64,000 bases of DNA from Octopus sinensis. Its lineage: Eukaryota. The DNA lies in the NCBI RefSeq assembly GCF_006345805.1, contig NC_043005.1, forward strand, positions 58,714,001 to 58,778,000, read 5' to 3'. Made by a program: the position numbers and the translations under genes. This document shows, piece by piece, positions 10,601-25,144 of this stretch; position 1 is the first letter of the stretch, and every line of letters begins with the position of its first letter. The notes under the pieces are model-generated. The model was not told the origin of the DNA. It saw only the letters and a list, made by a program, of their open reading frames with translations, and did not search any database.

Positions 10601-12225
10601 TTGTAAAAGTATGATAAATGTGCCCTTTAAGAAGAGCATTGGGTAACCCTGTATTTTAATTGTTTCTATTGTAAATCAACATAAAAACAAGCATCAGTAT
10701 ATCTATATATATACACACACACAAACACACACAAACACGTGCACACACACACACACATGTATATCATCCTCTTTAATGTCCGTTCTCCATGCAGTCATAG
10801 ATTGGACAGTTTGACAAGAGCTAGTAGTGGCACAAGCAGTCAGCACCATATTGGATGAGATCTCATGGCAGCCATTGCCATCTCCGAAACTGGAGCAAGA
10901 CCTCACCTGTATCCATTTGCCATGCACGAGATCACAATGGGGCTCACGATGGCAAACTGGATGTAAGGGCCCAACAAAAACAGCTGACAAACAAGAGGAC
11001 TGTGCCAAGCTTTACATTTTGCTCTGGCATGGTTTCTATGGTTGGATGCCCTTCCTAACACCAACCACTTTACAGAGTGTACTGGATGCTTTTTACATGG
11101 CACTAGACACTGTTTTTCTATATCAGTGGAGATGGAACTTGTCTAGGCATGTGGTGATAGTGGATAATTGCTACTTATGATATGTAGATAAATAGAAATT
11201 CCAGATCTAGCAATTCCACTGTTGCTGCTGGATACTTTCCATCTACTACTGATGCTTCTGTGGTTCTTAGCCCCTCATGTCTATACAAGATGCTTTCACC
11301 AGAGAAAAACTACAGTATTGTGACCTTTTTTACAGTATATCCACATTAAGTAAGATATGCGGTTTGTGATTCTAAACTAATACTGCTTCTGTTGCTAATG
11401 TCTAATATATGTGTTGTGCGTATGTATATATTTGTTTGTCAGGATCTGAGTTCTTATTGGGAATTATTGCACTCTTACGTTTGTATGTGATGCGCGTGTG
11501 TGTGTGTGTGTGTGTGTGTGAGTGTGTGTATGGATATGCATGCATGTATGTGTGTATATGTGTGTGTCCGTGTGTATGTGCTCGTGTGTATTTGTGTGGG
11601 GGGGGAATGGAGGGGGTGTCCAATCACCTGAATAAGTGTGAGAAAAGCCAAGCATGAGAAGTGGGGAGAGACTAAATGCTCCGAACACCAAATTTCCAAA
11701 TGTTTTTTAAGGGAAAAATAAATTGATAATGGGTCTTAAAAGACACATATTTATGTGTTTTTAAGAAAAAATATATTATAACATATTTATATTCAATATG
11801 CTACAGTAGAATGAATAAGGCAAGCAAGATGTGTTGTGCATATTTACTTACAAAGTAAAACAAATTAATGCATGTTGCAGGGATACAATATGAAAGATAT
11901 GTGAAAACTGAAACAGATTATTTACATTGTTTAAGTTGTTTTATTCTTGAATAATTTCTTTTCTTTTTCTTTCGAAACAAATACAAACAAATCAATCAAA
12001 TGAAAGGCTGAACATTATTTGTCAATAATATTAAGCAAAAGATTGAAAGTGAAGGGAGATAAGTGCATGAGTCTATCAAAATCATTTAATTGGCTGACAT
12101 GTTTATGATACTGTTAAGAGAAAAGAAAAAAAAGTGTTCAGTTATGAGAGACTTTAAAGAATGAAGCATTTGATAAATAGACTATTTAAGTTAGTGTTTG
12201 TCTTCAAAATCACTCCCTATTATTA

Positions 12226-12256
<31 letters not shown>

Positions 12257-12304
12257 TATTATCATTATTATTGAGTGAGAGAGCAGTTCATGCCATTATT
12301 ATTA

Positions 12305-12354
<50 letters not shown>

Positions 12355-12367
12355 GTTATCATCATCA

Positions 12368-12431
<64 letters not shown>

Positions 12432-13800
12432 GTCATTGTTGCTGGTGGTGGTGTCGTTGTTAGTAATGTGCTCACCAGATATTGCTGGCCTTCATTACGC
12501 TGACATTGCATAATAAAAATTTTCTTCCTAAATAAATTCCATTTTAAGACCATTAACTTCTTACATTTTCTCTAAGATAGTTATTTTGACATAGCATAGC
12601 ATTATGCCTGCTATGTTTTTCAATAAACCCTACTCTAAAACCCATACTTTTCTTCTAAATTATTCATACAAACACTGTTGTTTGCCTGTAGTTTTTTTGC
12701 GAAAGCACAATTGGATTGTTTTATGGGTGAAAAAATATGAGGAAAAAATATAGCCTTGCTTGGAAACAGATGCAGATTGGTGAAGGGAAGGGTATTCAGC
12801 TATAAAGAATCTGTCCGAATAAAGTCTTATCTGACATATGCAAATTTGAAAAAGTAGATGTTAAAATAATAAAGATGATGTTATCATGCATATATCAGTG
12901 GCCTTTGATATTTATTACAGATAGATCAAGCAGCAACATCACAACTTCAACAATTACACTCAAGGTCGATCCCTTTAAAAGCCCTCTCACAGAAAGTACA
13001 AAACTGTGAGGAGTTGCCTCTTTGTATTGTTCGTTGCACCATCTTTGCTGCTCATTTGTTTCCAGTTCCATAACAATGAAACAGTTCTAAACAGCAGGGT
13101 TCACCATCACCCCCTGCCGGAGCCTCGTGGCGCTTTGGGTGTTTTTGGTCAATAAACACTCACAATGACTGGTCTGGGAATCGAAACTGCAATTCTACGA
13201 CCACAAATCCGCTGCCCTAATGACTGGGCCATTGCACCTCCTTGATAACAATGAAACAGCTGTTGAGTTTTCTTCTACAGGCTGGTCTATCATTATCCTT
13301 ACTTTCCCATTTATTGCTATGAATATGGCAACTGACCAGGCAAAGGATCTTCCATATGAGTTTGATATGCAGTGTGGGTCTTAAGTTTTTGCTTCTTGAG
13401 AAAACTCACCGAAGAACAGGTTACTGGAATCCTGCTGTCTTTTATATGTTTAATTTGGCTTCATAATCATAAATATCACTAACATATTAAGGCATTACTG
13501 ATATCTACTATATCTGATGAAATGGAGGAAACTTAATTCAAACTTTATATGAAATGCTAATAACTACCTTGCATGAAACTAAAGCAGTACATTTGTATAA
13601 TTTAAGTACTCTACAAACATTATAGCTAACTCTGCTTGAGGTGTCAAGTGCATATTACATGCTGAATGTTCCCTGAATGATAGGTGTTGATTCATATCAT
13701 GTGTTTGAAAAGTTCATGACAGATAAAAGTGTTTATACACAAAATCTTCTTTTTATTTTCTATTGCTTTGTCTTTATCTATATACATGTGTATATATCAT

Positions 13801-14666
13801 CAAGGTGCGATGGGTAAATTGTCACCATTTTATATTTTTAATTTCACGCATGTGCATTGTTTATTTTTGATTTTGTCAATTACACTGCATAGTAGGGTCA
13901 GTTGGGAACTGTCTGTGAGAGAAACAACACCCTGACGCAATGCGCTCTGCCAAAAATTTGGAAATGACATGCTGTACTGCTTGGCATTCATGCTGGAAGT
14001 TCCAATACAAACATTTTAGAGTGTCTGGATATCAATCTGAGGACATATACCGAGAGTGATAAAAATCAAACATCCAGTCAACATCTTGGTGTTTAGAGAT
14101 ATCCCTAGTGATGGTGACATTATGCCTCCATTCATCTTCCCACACAGCATCAGAGTCAACACAGAAGCCTACTTCAAGTGCCTGGAGGAGGTAGTGCTAC
14201 CCTGGGTCAAGAGGATGGCTGCTTGAAGACCCTATGTCTGGCAACAGGACTCTGCACCATGCCACACAAGCAGAAGAACCCAGTCATGGCTGTCGGACAA
14301 TTTCTGTGACCACATCACACCTAACACCTGGCTGCCTAACTCCCCAGACTGCAATCTCCTTAATTATTATGTGTGGAACACAGTTGAGTGAGAGACCAAC
14401 AAAATTCTTTGTGACACCAAAGATGAACTGAAGGCAAGGATTATAGCACCATTCACCAACTCAAACAAGGAGACTGTCCAGCAGAGTTGCAGGAGATCCC
14501 AAAGTCGTCTGGATGCTGTGGTTGAAGCCAATGGAGATTTTATTGAATGAATTTACTCTTTAGTATTTCAAGATTTTTGATGTAATTTTGGTAAATATAT
14601 GTTAAAATGAGATGTCAGTGTTATTTTCATTTTTGTGTAAGACGACAGTTTATTCACCACACCCTG
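13801..14666 (+). mobile_element. Internally deleted Tc1/mariner (maT/DD37D-like) transposon with both TIRs
   Basis: Imperfect TIRs caaggtgcgatgggtaaattgtc / gacagtttattcaccacaccctg. Transposase C-terminus ..YVWQQDSAPCH..RTQSWL..W.PNSPDCN.L.Y.VW..VEANG, with stops. Confidence 0.85.
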
Positions 14667-15080
14667 AATAAACACACACACACATATGTGTGTGTGTGTG
14701 TGTGTGTGTGTATAAAGCATATTTCTCTGCCATACATACAAAACATTTCTCATTACCACCAACTTTTTTGTGCTTTTAATGATGAGAGCTATAGATAGTT
14801 GAATTGTACAATACTGGATAGCCACAAAGACACATTAGTTATTGTAGTCAAAGACATGTTATATCTAAAAGAAGATGGGGTGGAAGAGTGTGATCAGAGG
14901 TCCGCCAAATTATGGCTGACCTGAAACTCAACAACATCATCATTATTATCATTGTAATCTTTATCATTTATGTCGTTTGTTTTTCCTCATCATAAATCCA
15001 TTATGTACAGCAGCTAGCAATACCTCCTGACGTTGGAATATACGTAAACTTATTGCTTTCTCTTTATTTTTATATTCCAG

Positions 15081-15149
15081 CAACTAAATGAACTGGTTGA
15101 AAGACATGTCACAGATATTGATGCTTCCGGAAAAATCACTGCTCCACAG
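15081..15149 (+). CDS. CFAP65: Coding exon of CFAP65-like gene (QLNELVERHVTDIDASGKITAPQ)
   Basis: Long pyrimidine tract ending ttccag|CAA, donor CAG|gtttaa, 69 nt, phase 0-0. Colinear with the recalled segment ILDAMLKEKKLAQDQNGALMIP that follows PPD. Confidence 0.6.
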
Positions 15150-15599
15150 GTTTAAATATTTATGGAATTTTTGACATTGACATGGTTTTTAGTTTTTCTT
15201 TCTAAGTTTTGCAACTCCACATCTGATTTACATGTATTTACATAAGTTTTGAATCTTTTTCATTCATCACCAGCATTACATGTAGGTTAGGCTAAGGTTG
15301 CAGATAGCTGTCAAAACGATAGAAGCAACAGCACAAATACAAACAGAATGTGGTTGAGAAAATTAAGTAAAACAAATAGTTAACAAAAATAAAACAAAAT
15401 ATAAATGCAGCAAAAAAAAAATGAAGCTCTAAGATAATAAATATAATAAAATAATTGTAAAATGTGGGGAAAAAAAAAGCAAAAAGAGAAAAGCTGGAGG
15501 ACACAGGAACTTTACTTTATTAATGTTGCTTATAGCTCTACTGATAAGTGGGGATTATATAAGTAGCTAAGAACGTTGGTAAACAAAACTACATTGTGT

Positions 15600-16080
15600 G
15601 GACTTGGAGTCAATAAGTGGTGCCCTCTACATGGTCGTTTGCCCCACTAGAAATAACACTCATATGTCATGCAAATTATATGCCATCATTTTAAAGGAGA
15701 TATGACAAGCTAAGTGGACCTTCTAGTGGTGTCTTACTAAGCTAGAAATAGCAGTGAAATATTCCTCAAGCTGTATACTATAATCTTAAAGAAGGTTGCT
15801 AGCAAGCCATGTGAGGGTTTGTATCTGGTGGCACCTTGCACTGCTTGAAATAACAGCCAGATGTTCTTTAAATCATATATTACCATCTTAAAGGTGGTTA
15901 TATAGCAATCCAGTATGAATAGCTCGAAAGAGCAACCAAATCTTACTCAAATCTTACACTACTTTTTCACAAGGGAAGGCCATTTGGATAATGTTGCCCC
16001 TGGACACACTGTTTGCAAAAAGCATGGTAGTCATGGATGGAGTGACCCAACTCACTCTAGGCTAACCTAGGTCTAAACAA
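15600..16080. repeat. Degenerate ~90-100 bp tandem repeat (4 recognisable units) within an interspersed repeat
   Basis: Recurring gctagaaatagcag..aaat.t..tcaaat.a.a..cta..atcttaaa(a)gg at ~15650, 15740, 15845 and 15920; related sequence on the opposite strand at ~16940-17140. Confidence 0.5.
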
Positions 16081-16391
16081 CTACATTGACAAGAATGTAA
16101 TAATATTGGTCAGCAGTCAAGCAGCTTGATCCTTTGGCATTCAGATTGCTCTATCAAAAGCAATATTTATTCATAGTAAGGCGGCAAGTAGGCAGAAATA
16201 TTAGCACGCCAGGCAAAATGTTTAGCGGTATTTCGTCTGTCTTTACGTTCCGAGTTCAAATTCAAGAGGATGACTTTGCCTTTCATTCTTTTGGAGTCAA
16301 TAAATTAAGTACCAGTTGTGTACTGGAGTTGATCTAATCAACTGGTCTCCTCCACCAAAATTTCAGGCCTTTTGCCGAGAGTAGAAAAGAG

Positions 16392-16910
<519 letters not shown>

Positions 16911-17292
16911 GTTACTGACTTTTTGCTTTTGTTGTTCCTGTTATTTAACTCCAGATCAATTTCAGTCGAGGGTACCTATCTATGACCAAAGATGAATTCC
17001 AGCCATCACCATTCTGTCTTTCTCTGTGTGCTGAGATCACATGGCAGCATTCTTCAAAGCATCTTTTTTTCTAAGCTAGAAGCATGGTATCGGAGATAAT
17101 TTGGTTGCTATTTCTTGCAGTACAAATAACCACTTAGTGGCTCCTTCGTTTGGATTGTTCATTTATTGAATTTTGTATGTTATAGATGTATATATGTATA
17201 TACAAATACGTGTGTGTGTGTGCATGTATGAATTTGCATCTGTCATGTGATAAGCTAATAGTTTCTAATATTTTCATCTTTCCATATTTCAG

Positions 17293-17370
17293 TATCCGAT
17301 GGCAGAAACCAAAGATCCAATGGAAATGTTCTTCAACAGTAATCCTAAAACTGAAGAGTATACAGCCAAG
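17293..17370 (+). CDS. CFAP65: Coding exon of CFAP65-like gene (YPMAETKDPMEMFFNSNPKTEEYTAK)
   Basis: Acceptor tttccatatttcag|TAT, donor AAG|gtttgt, 78 nt, phase 0-0. PMEMFF resembles the recalled PMTEFFF. Confidence 0.62.
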
Positions 17371-19604
17371 GTTTGTAACAGGATTTCCCAAGATATTCTA
17401 TGATAATCCTGTTCATGCAGAAATCCAATACAAACATAGTAACACTGTAAAATCTCAGTCTGTGTGTGTGTTTGTATGTGTGCGCATGTTGTCTATGTAT
17501 GTGTATCTATGTGCATGTGTATGTGTATGTGTGTGTGTGTATCTGTGTGTATGTGTCTATGTGTATCTATGTGTGTGTTTTTGTATGTGTGCATGTTTGT
17601 GTGTATATGTATGTATGTATATCTGTGTGTGTGTGTGTGTGTGTGTGTGTGCTTGTGTGTGTGTGTGTATTTTACAGTGATGAGGTTTTTATTCAGGTTG
17701 TGCTGTACAAAAGCTGCTACATCCTTGTCAGAACAGTAGCCAGATCATCATCATCATCATCATCATCATCATTATCACTATAGCCATTGCTGTCATCGTC
17801 ATCGTTGTTGCTGTTGCTGTCGCTAATGGTAGAAACAGCAGCAGCAATGACAATAATAATGATGATAGTGGTGGTGGTGGTGGCAGTGGTGATACTGGAA
17901 GTGGTCTTGGTAGTAGTGGTACTGATAATTACGATGACTTTGATAATGGTGATGGTTGTGGTTGTGGTGGTGGTGATTATGATGATGATGATGAGGAGGA
18001 GGAGGAGGAAGAGCAGCAGGAGGAGAAAGAGGAAGAGGAGAAGGGCAGAGAAGAGTGGGAGGATAGTGTTGGTGGTGGTGATGTGCCTTAATCTGAAAGA
18101 GCCTCATAGGCCACATTCTTTCTCTTATGATCAAGAAGAAACGGTTGTCTTGGAGGAAGCAGATTCTGTGAGTGATTCTCTCTATTGTTCTCATAGTGCA
18201 GCTAATCCTAAGAGGTGGATGGACAGGGAAGAAGGGCACTAATTTCATTACTTGATCTGTGCTTTGTTTTATCAGCCCTGAAAGGATGAAAATTAAAGCT
18301 AATTTTAATGAACGATAATTGTTTTTAATTTAGTGAAAGTCCTTAAGGTGGCAAGCTGCAGAATTCTTAGCCCACAGGGCAAAATGCTAAGTGGCATTTC
18401 ATTTGTCTTTACATTCTGAGTTCAAATTCCATTATGGTTAACTTTGTCTTTCATCCTTTCAGGGACATAAAATAAAGCGTTTGTTGGGGGTCGATGTAAT
18501 CAACTTAAAACCCCCAAAATTTGGAATCATTTTAGGGAAAGGCAAGAAAATTTGATTGGTGATGAGGTTAGGTGTTTAAATCAACTGGTACTTTATTTTA
18601 TCAACCCTGAAAGGAATAAAAGGCTAAGTTGATCTAGGTGGGATTTGAACTCAGAATCTAAAAACCTGATGAAATTTCAGAAGGCACTTTTCCAGATATC
18701 CTAACACTTCTACCAAACTCTAACGACAGTATTTCACATGCCAGAGGTATTTTTATTTTTTTGCCATTTTAGTAGATGAAAAAGTTAGTATCCATTAGCT
18801 TTCTGGAGCGGCTCTGAAATGGAACTCCTTAATAATGAAGGCTTGGTCTGAATATTTACTGCAGAATTCAGTGAATTGGCAAGGTTGTTGTCAGTGCCAC
18901 TGGACTGGCTCCTGTGCAGGTGGCACATAAAAAACACCATTTGTGCGTGGCCATCGCCAGTACTGCCTGACTGGCCCTCTTGCCAGTGGCTCATAAAAGC
19001 ACCCACTACACTCTCGGAGTGGTTGGCATTAGGAAGGGCATCCAGCTGTAGAAACTCTGCCAGATCAGATTTGAGCCTGGTGCAGCCATCTGACTCATCA
19101 GTCCTCGGTCCAACCCATGCCAGCATGGAGAGCAGAAATTAAACAATGATGATGATATGATAAATTGCCTTGTGGTATTTGTTCTGGCCCATCACATTCT
19201 TACTGTATTTTCTGGTATATAAGTCTATGTAGCATCTATTGTAAACATGTAGTGTAAACATTCAAGCATTGTTGTCGTCACTGTCATCATCATCATCATT
19301 TAATGTCCACTTATCATGCTGGCATGGGTTGGATGGTTTGACATGGAGCTGGCTAGCAGAGAGCTGTCCAGAAACTAGCTGTCTGTTGAGGCATGGTTTC
19401 TATGGCTGGATGCCCTTCCAAGTGCCAACTACTTAACAGAGTATACTGGGTACTTTTTACGTGCCACTGGCATGGGTGCATTTATGCAGCACAGGCACTG
19501 ATGCTTTTTAAATGGCTCCGGCATCTGAAAGGACAAGCCTGTATGTGTGGAAGACAGGGATTTTACTTAGTTTGATATGTCTTATCATCATGATATTTCC
19601 TAAT

Positions 19605-19827
19605 TGTTGTGTGGAAGTAGAACACCCCTATTTGGTTGGCTCCTAATGGACTGTGCCACAATATAAATGGACGTGCGCAGAGAGTGTGAAGAGAGTTGGT
19701 GAGCTGTGTAAGCTGAGAGTTGTGTATTGTCGAGTGTAATTACAAGTATTGTGTATCTTGAGTAGAACAATTGTGAGGACGTTATTTATTATCCCATTTT
19801 ATCATACATCGAACGTGCAATACTACA
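19605..19827 (+). mobile_element. Solo LTR (Gypsy-like)
   Basis: TGTTGT...ACTACA termini, 223 bp, internal TATAAA, 5-bp flanks ctaat/caaat (4/5 TSD); layout similar to the LTR at 22139-22367. Confidence 0.7.
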
Positions 19828-19870
19828 CAAATCCTGTTGTATCTCACATGGAACTTTTGGTGCTCCTTGA

Positions 19871-19954
19871 CAGTGACTTCAAAGTTTCAGCCTGCTTAAC
19901 TTTCATTGATAAAGTCTGATGAAAGCTAAGTAGGCCCAAACTTTGAAACCACTG
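19871..19954. repeat. 84-nt imperfect hairpin (38-bp arms, 8-nt loop)
   Basis: cagtgacttcaaagttt...aaactttgaaaccactg; arms match at 30/38. Confidence 0.85.
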
Positions 19955-20169
19955 CCAACATTATTCTTGTTAAAGAATAATAGATATGTATTCTACAAAA
20001 AGTATTGAGTAGTCCTTCTGCTATAATGGAAAACTCTTGCCAAGGTACTGCACAGTGGGACTGAACCTAAAACCTTGTGGTTGTAAAGTGAGAAATCTTG
20101 ACCACACCATCATGCCTAAAACACTCTTTAAAACACATTGTATAAAAATCAAGTATGCGTAATATATAT

Positions 20170-20400
20170 TTCTTTACTGCCCACAAGGGGCTAAACATAG
20201 AGGGGACAAACAAGGACAGACAAAGGGATTAAGTTGATTACATCGACCCCAGAGCAAAACTGGTGCTTTATTTATCGACCCCGAAAGGATGACAGGCAAA
20301 ATCGACCTTGGCGGAATTTGAAGTCAGAACGTAACGACAGACGAAATACTGCTAAGCATTTCGCCTGGCGCGCTAACGTTTCTGCCAGCTTGCCACCTTA
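20170..20400 (-). mobile_element. SINE family 2 (gagctggcagaa.cgttagc head; ttcatcctttcggggtcgataaa core)
   Basis: Near full-length copy. Others at ~9270-9450, 16175-16390, 18340-18520, 18570-18710, 30120-30220, 35714-35946, 36215-36350, 42750-42870, 45870-46080, 46100-46310, 59400-59570 and 59590-59765. Confidence 0.85.
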
Positions 20401-21051
20401 AAAATCAAGTATGTGTAATATATGTAAAAAGCATCCTGTCTACGCTGTAAAGTGGTTGGCATTAGGAAGGGCATCCAGCTGTAAACACCATGCCAACACA
20501 ACCAGTGGAGCTTGGTGCAATCCTCTGACTTGCCAGTTCCTGTCTAACTGTCCAGCCCATACCAGCATTGGAAGACAGATGTTAAAGGACGATGATGACG
20601 ATGACAATGTCAGTGGCAGCACTGGTGATGGTAACGATGATGATGGCAATGATACAGTAGTTGTGTGTAGAGAAGAAATTGTATATTTTATGAACATATC
20701 CAAAAGCAGATTTTGCATAAAGTAAGTGGAGCAGAAAGTTTTTCTTATAATTGAAACTCTGTCAGTTTCTAGAACTTAGAATGAAAAAAAAAGGAAAGAT
20801 TAAAAAAATGGGATATGGGAAATAAGAGAAAACGATTTGTAATCAAACTGGTTGAAGCAATCATTTTTTTTTTTTTTCCTTATTTTAGAATATCATAGAA
20901 AATAGCGCAAACTACAAGATATGGATCTTAAAGGCCAAGAAAGAGGATTAAAAGAAAATCTAAGCAAATGTTTTCTGGCAGATATCTGAAATGTGTTGGA
21001 TGATATCATACCTCTAAAAAGAATTATAATCCAAATATAAAAATAAACAGT

Positions 21052-21300
21052 GAAGGCACGTGGATTAGTGGTTAGGGCATCAGCATCATGATCGTAACAT
21101 TGTAGTTTCGATTCCTGGACCGGGCGACGCATTGTGTTCTTGAGCAAAACACTTCATTTCACATTACTCCAGTCCACTTAGCTGGCAAAAATGAGTAACA
21201 CTGTGATGGACTGGCGTCCTGTCCAGCTGGGGAACACATGCACCATAGAAACTGGGAAAACAGGCCCATGAGCCTGGCTAGGCTTTATAAAGGGCGCATC
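21052..21300 (+). mobile_element. tRNA-derived SINE (V-SINE-like)
   Basis: A box tggattagtgg, B box gtttcgattcc, body gatggactggcgtcctgtccag...ccatagaaactggg; partial minus copies at ~10180-10270 and 21915-22050. Confidence 0.75.
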
Positions 21301-21393
21301 TATTTTATTTTTTATTATAAAAAGAAACAATTATTAGCATGTATAAAAGAATGTGAGTGGCATAATTATTGGTTAATAATAATAATAATAATG

Positions 21394-21448
<55 letters not shown>

Positions 21449-21459
21449 TGATAATAATA

Positions 21460-21688
21460 GCAAATTACCAGAACCTAGCCATTGAATTACAGAGACTATG
21501 AAAAGTGCTGGTAAAATGTATCTCACTAGTTATAGGTGCTTGAAGAGCTAAAGACTTGAAATAGGCATAAAACAGTGTTATTAGGGACAGCTAAGATATT
21601 TAGGAGGGTTCTTGGCATCTAAAGTTATTTGTTGTAGCTCAATGTTAGGAATTTTTCTTTTCCAACAGTCTAATCTGTTGTGTGTATA

Positions 21689-21690
<2 letters not shown>
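21460..21690 (+). mobile_element. Short 3' fragment of an R4/Dong LINE between two (TAA)n tracts
   Basis: KYQNLAIELQRL.....SLVIGA and KTVLLGTAKI.RRVLGI motifs; (TAA)n at 21375-21460 and 21690-21760. Confidence 0.7.
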
Positions 21691-21749
<59 letters not shown>

Positions 21750-22138
21750 TAATAATAACAATGGATTCTCCCATCGAAGACAATGTATGACTGTTCAGCT
21801 TTTGCTGAACAACCTGTACAAGTGATTTGTTTATAGTGATCAAATGTCTGTGCCGCACTTTAAATCGCTCTCTCCATCAAATCGATGTTGTCTGAACAGG
21901 TGCACTGTGTACTACACGTCAGGTATTGAAGTGATTGCAGAGCAATATGAAATGAAGTGTTTTGCTCAAGAACACAATGCAGACCCCAGCCTTGGAATTG
22001 AAACCATGGTCTCACAGTCAAACATCCTAACCACTAGGCCATGTGTTCTCATAATGATGATGATGATAATTGTTGTAAAGTGGTCTTTTGCCACTGTTGT
22101 ATCTATCTTTTGATGGTGGTTGTTGTTTTGACATATAT

Positions 22139-25100
22139 TGTTATATTCTGAAGTCTTCGATAAAATGTTTCTATCTGGTCATACAGAGTTATTAACCTAA
22201 TCAGTATCACAGTATAATTACTGTATCAGCACGGACACAACTATCAACACAGTCTACACATACTCTCAACCTTCTGAACTTTCCCCTGTCGACCGGCTAC
22301 TGGTCTGTTTATAATGGCTGGTTACTACCACCTTTTACCAGGAGGGGTGTAGTTTCCCTATACAACATCTCTCCTTTTAATTTTTTTTATTAACAACCAA
22401 TTTCTTTTATTCACCCCACTTCCTGTGTTTTTTATATATACTCAATACCTTTTCTTCTTAGGGTCTACTTTTAGGAATTCAGTGTTCTTCCTTTTCCTTG
22501 TACGTGTGGTTTTGACTTCTTGTAATGGTGTTGGAACCTGAAAACTGTCATACAACCAATCCATCGGTATTTCAACTCTTGTTTGTTCCTTTTTTATGAC
22601 TCTTTCTTAAGCGGTTTTCTATGTCTCCTTCTGCTTCTTACACCATACATCATTCTTCCTATGTATGTTACAATTTCTCCTTCTTCCCAGGATTGCTGGT
22701 CATTTTTGTACATTCTTACATATACCTTATCACTGATTCTAAAGAATTTTGGCATGTCTTTACAAGCACGTATTGTTTTCTTCACTGGTAACAGTCTGTC
22801 GAATACTGACTGGACCATTCTAATAAACATTAATTCTGCTGGTGAACTTCCTTCTGGTGCATTTGGGTTTGGAGTTACTCTGCATACCCTTAAAAATTGT
22901 TGGACCATGACCTCATCCATGGCTTCCTTATTAGCTTTCTTTAATGCTCTCTTAGAAGTGTTCACAAACCATTCAGCCCTTCCATTCAATCTAGGGTGAT
23001 ACAGTGCTATAATTTTATGTTCTAATGTGAACATCTCGCAGAATCTTTTAAACTTACAGGATACAAACTGTGTGCCATTATCAGAGACAATTATATCCGG
23101 TACACCAAATCTTGTGAACAGCTCATGTAAGAAGTTTATTACCATATATGAGGTTGGTCATTTGCACCTTGCAACCTCAGGCCATTTTGTGTAACTGTCT
23201 ACTACTATTAAGTAATTATATCCAATTACTGGACCTGCAAAATCGATATGTAATCGAGGCCATGGTATTTTCACATTTTGTAGTAGGTAGTTTCACTGCC
23301 AGTGGCACGTCCTCTGCAGTCTTTTACTAAGTTTTCAACTTCCTTGTCCATGTTTGGCCGGTATATGAAATTTTACATCAGCACTTTCATTCTAGAGATA
23401 CCTGCGTGTCCTACATGAAACTCTTTTAGCATTCTCTTCTGTAATGTCTGTGGTGTGACCGCCCTCTGAGCATACATTAGTACACCATCACATATAGAGT
23501 ACATGGTATCATCCTGGTGGTTCTTTGCATCAGACCTTTCTTTACTTCCTTTTGTCGACCACAGTTTTCTTTTTGTCTCATTAATAAATTTATCATTTCT
23601 CGCATTTCTGTTTATTTCTTCCAAAGTTACTGGTAGTTCACACACGATGTTTCACATCACTTTTTTTTTGTTTCAGTTCATCGACCTTGCTTGATCATCT
23701 GACTGCTTCGTTTATGCTATTGCACGAAGTGCTTATGGGTGTATCCTATAAATTAAATTTCACCAAAAATTTGGTGCCAAATAAATTAATGAATTTTTTC
23801 AACACATAAACATTCACTATTTTGGTTTGATCTTTGAACATTATATCACAAACGCATTTGCCTGTGAAATATAATTTTCTTCCCGTAACACTGTATGCTT
23901 TTTTTGTTTGAACTACATAATTTTGGATTACTCATTTGTTCCTATGTTTTCTCATTTATGACATAAAAAACACCATCCAAGCTTGGCCGTTCACCAGCCT
24001 CGTCTGGCACCTGTGTCGGTGGCACATAAAAAGCACCCACTACACTCACGGAGTGGTTGGTGTTAGGAAGGGCATCCAGCTGTAGAAACACTGCCAGATC
24101 TGACTGGCCTGGTGCAGCCTTCGGGCTTCCCAGACCCCAGTTGAACCGTCCAACCCATGCTAGCATGGAAAGCGGACGTTAAACGATGATGATGATGATG
24201 ATGATGATTGTGATATCACTTCTTGTGTCTCATTGCATTCTGACACTAGTGTTTTCAATTCTCACGTTTAAGAATTTTCTGTTTGTTGTAGTCACAACTT
24301 TTCCTGCAGACAAACAATTTATTTTTTCTTGTTTGTTCCATTTTCCTATCATTCTAGTTTTGCAGTACAATTTTATATGTCCTGTAAACCTGCAGTGAAA
24401 AGTCTGCTTCTTTATATGGACAATCTTTTTTCAGGTACATCTCATCACATGCCATACATGGATCTACATTCCAATATTTTTTCTGTTTTCCTGCAACACT
24501 TTATTTGGCTTATGGGGTAGCACTCTTTCTGGTGAATTTCTTCCAAGTCATACCTGAATTTTAATATTCTGTCATTCTTTTCTAACAGTTTCTGCAGTGA
24601 CAAATCCTAGTTCATTTTCAGTTTTGATAGAATATCCATTCGGATTTCTGCATCTTTTCTATTTGTTAATCCTTGTACAAACACTTGAAAGAATCTGGAG
24701 TAAGCCTAAATTACCCATTTGTTCCCCTAAATCTCTCACATTCTTTGTTGACTCTGCCTGTGTAAGTAGTGAAGTCTTCATCTTCACTCTTTTATATGCT
24801 TGAACATTTCCATCTAGTATTAAACTTGAGCTCTTTTCACTAAACACTTTGCACATAATGTCAACTGTGTCAATGAAAATTTATGTTGGGTGCTTTTTTT
24901 TGGCAATATGGAATTACTATACTTCTCAAGCTCTGCTGTCTTTTCATCTATCCAATCCTGGCATTCTTTTCCAAACATTTGTTGAAATCTTTGAAAGGAA
25001 GCCTCAAAAGTTACTCCTTCTTTGGAGTCATATTTGAATTCACTTATGGAATTTGGTACATGTTCAGGTAAAAACGTATTCTCCACATTGGTTACCAACT

Positions 25101-25140
25101 TCATTAGTTGTAATATTTGCCACTGCAATCCTTGTTGTTG
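22139..25140 (-). mobile_element. Ty3/Gypsy LTR retrotransposon deletion derivative (gag, protease end, integrase, PPT, 3' LTR)
   Basis: Integrase ORF 22594-23145 (FGVPDIIVSDNGTQF..YHPRLNGRAE), HHCC-region piece 23373-23645 (EFHVGHAGISRMK), gag-like pieces 24659-25128. PPT AAAAGGAGAGA at 22368-22378, then LTR TGTTGTA...TATAACA at 22367-22139. No RT or RNase H recognised. Confidence 0.88.
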
Positions 25141-25144
25141 TTCT

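Noticed and set aside
13281-13373. Candidate plus-strand exon (WSIIILTFPFIAMNMATDQAKDLPYEFDMQ)
   Set aside because: Phase is incompatible with the flanking phase-0 exons, the donor is weak, and no homology was recognised.
19911-19955. CTGATGA...GAAAC as a hammerhead
   Set aside because: Stem II is only 2-3 weak pairs and there is no stem III/NUH; both motifs are explained as arms of a simple hairpin.
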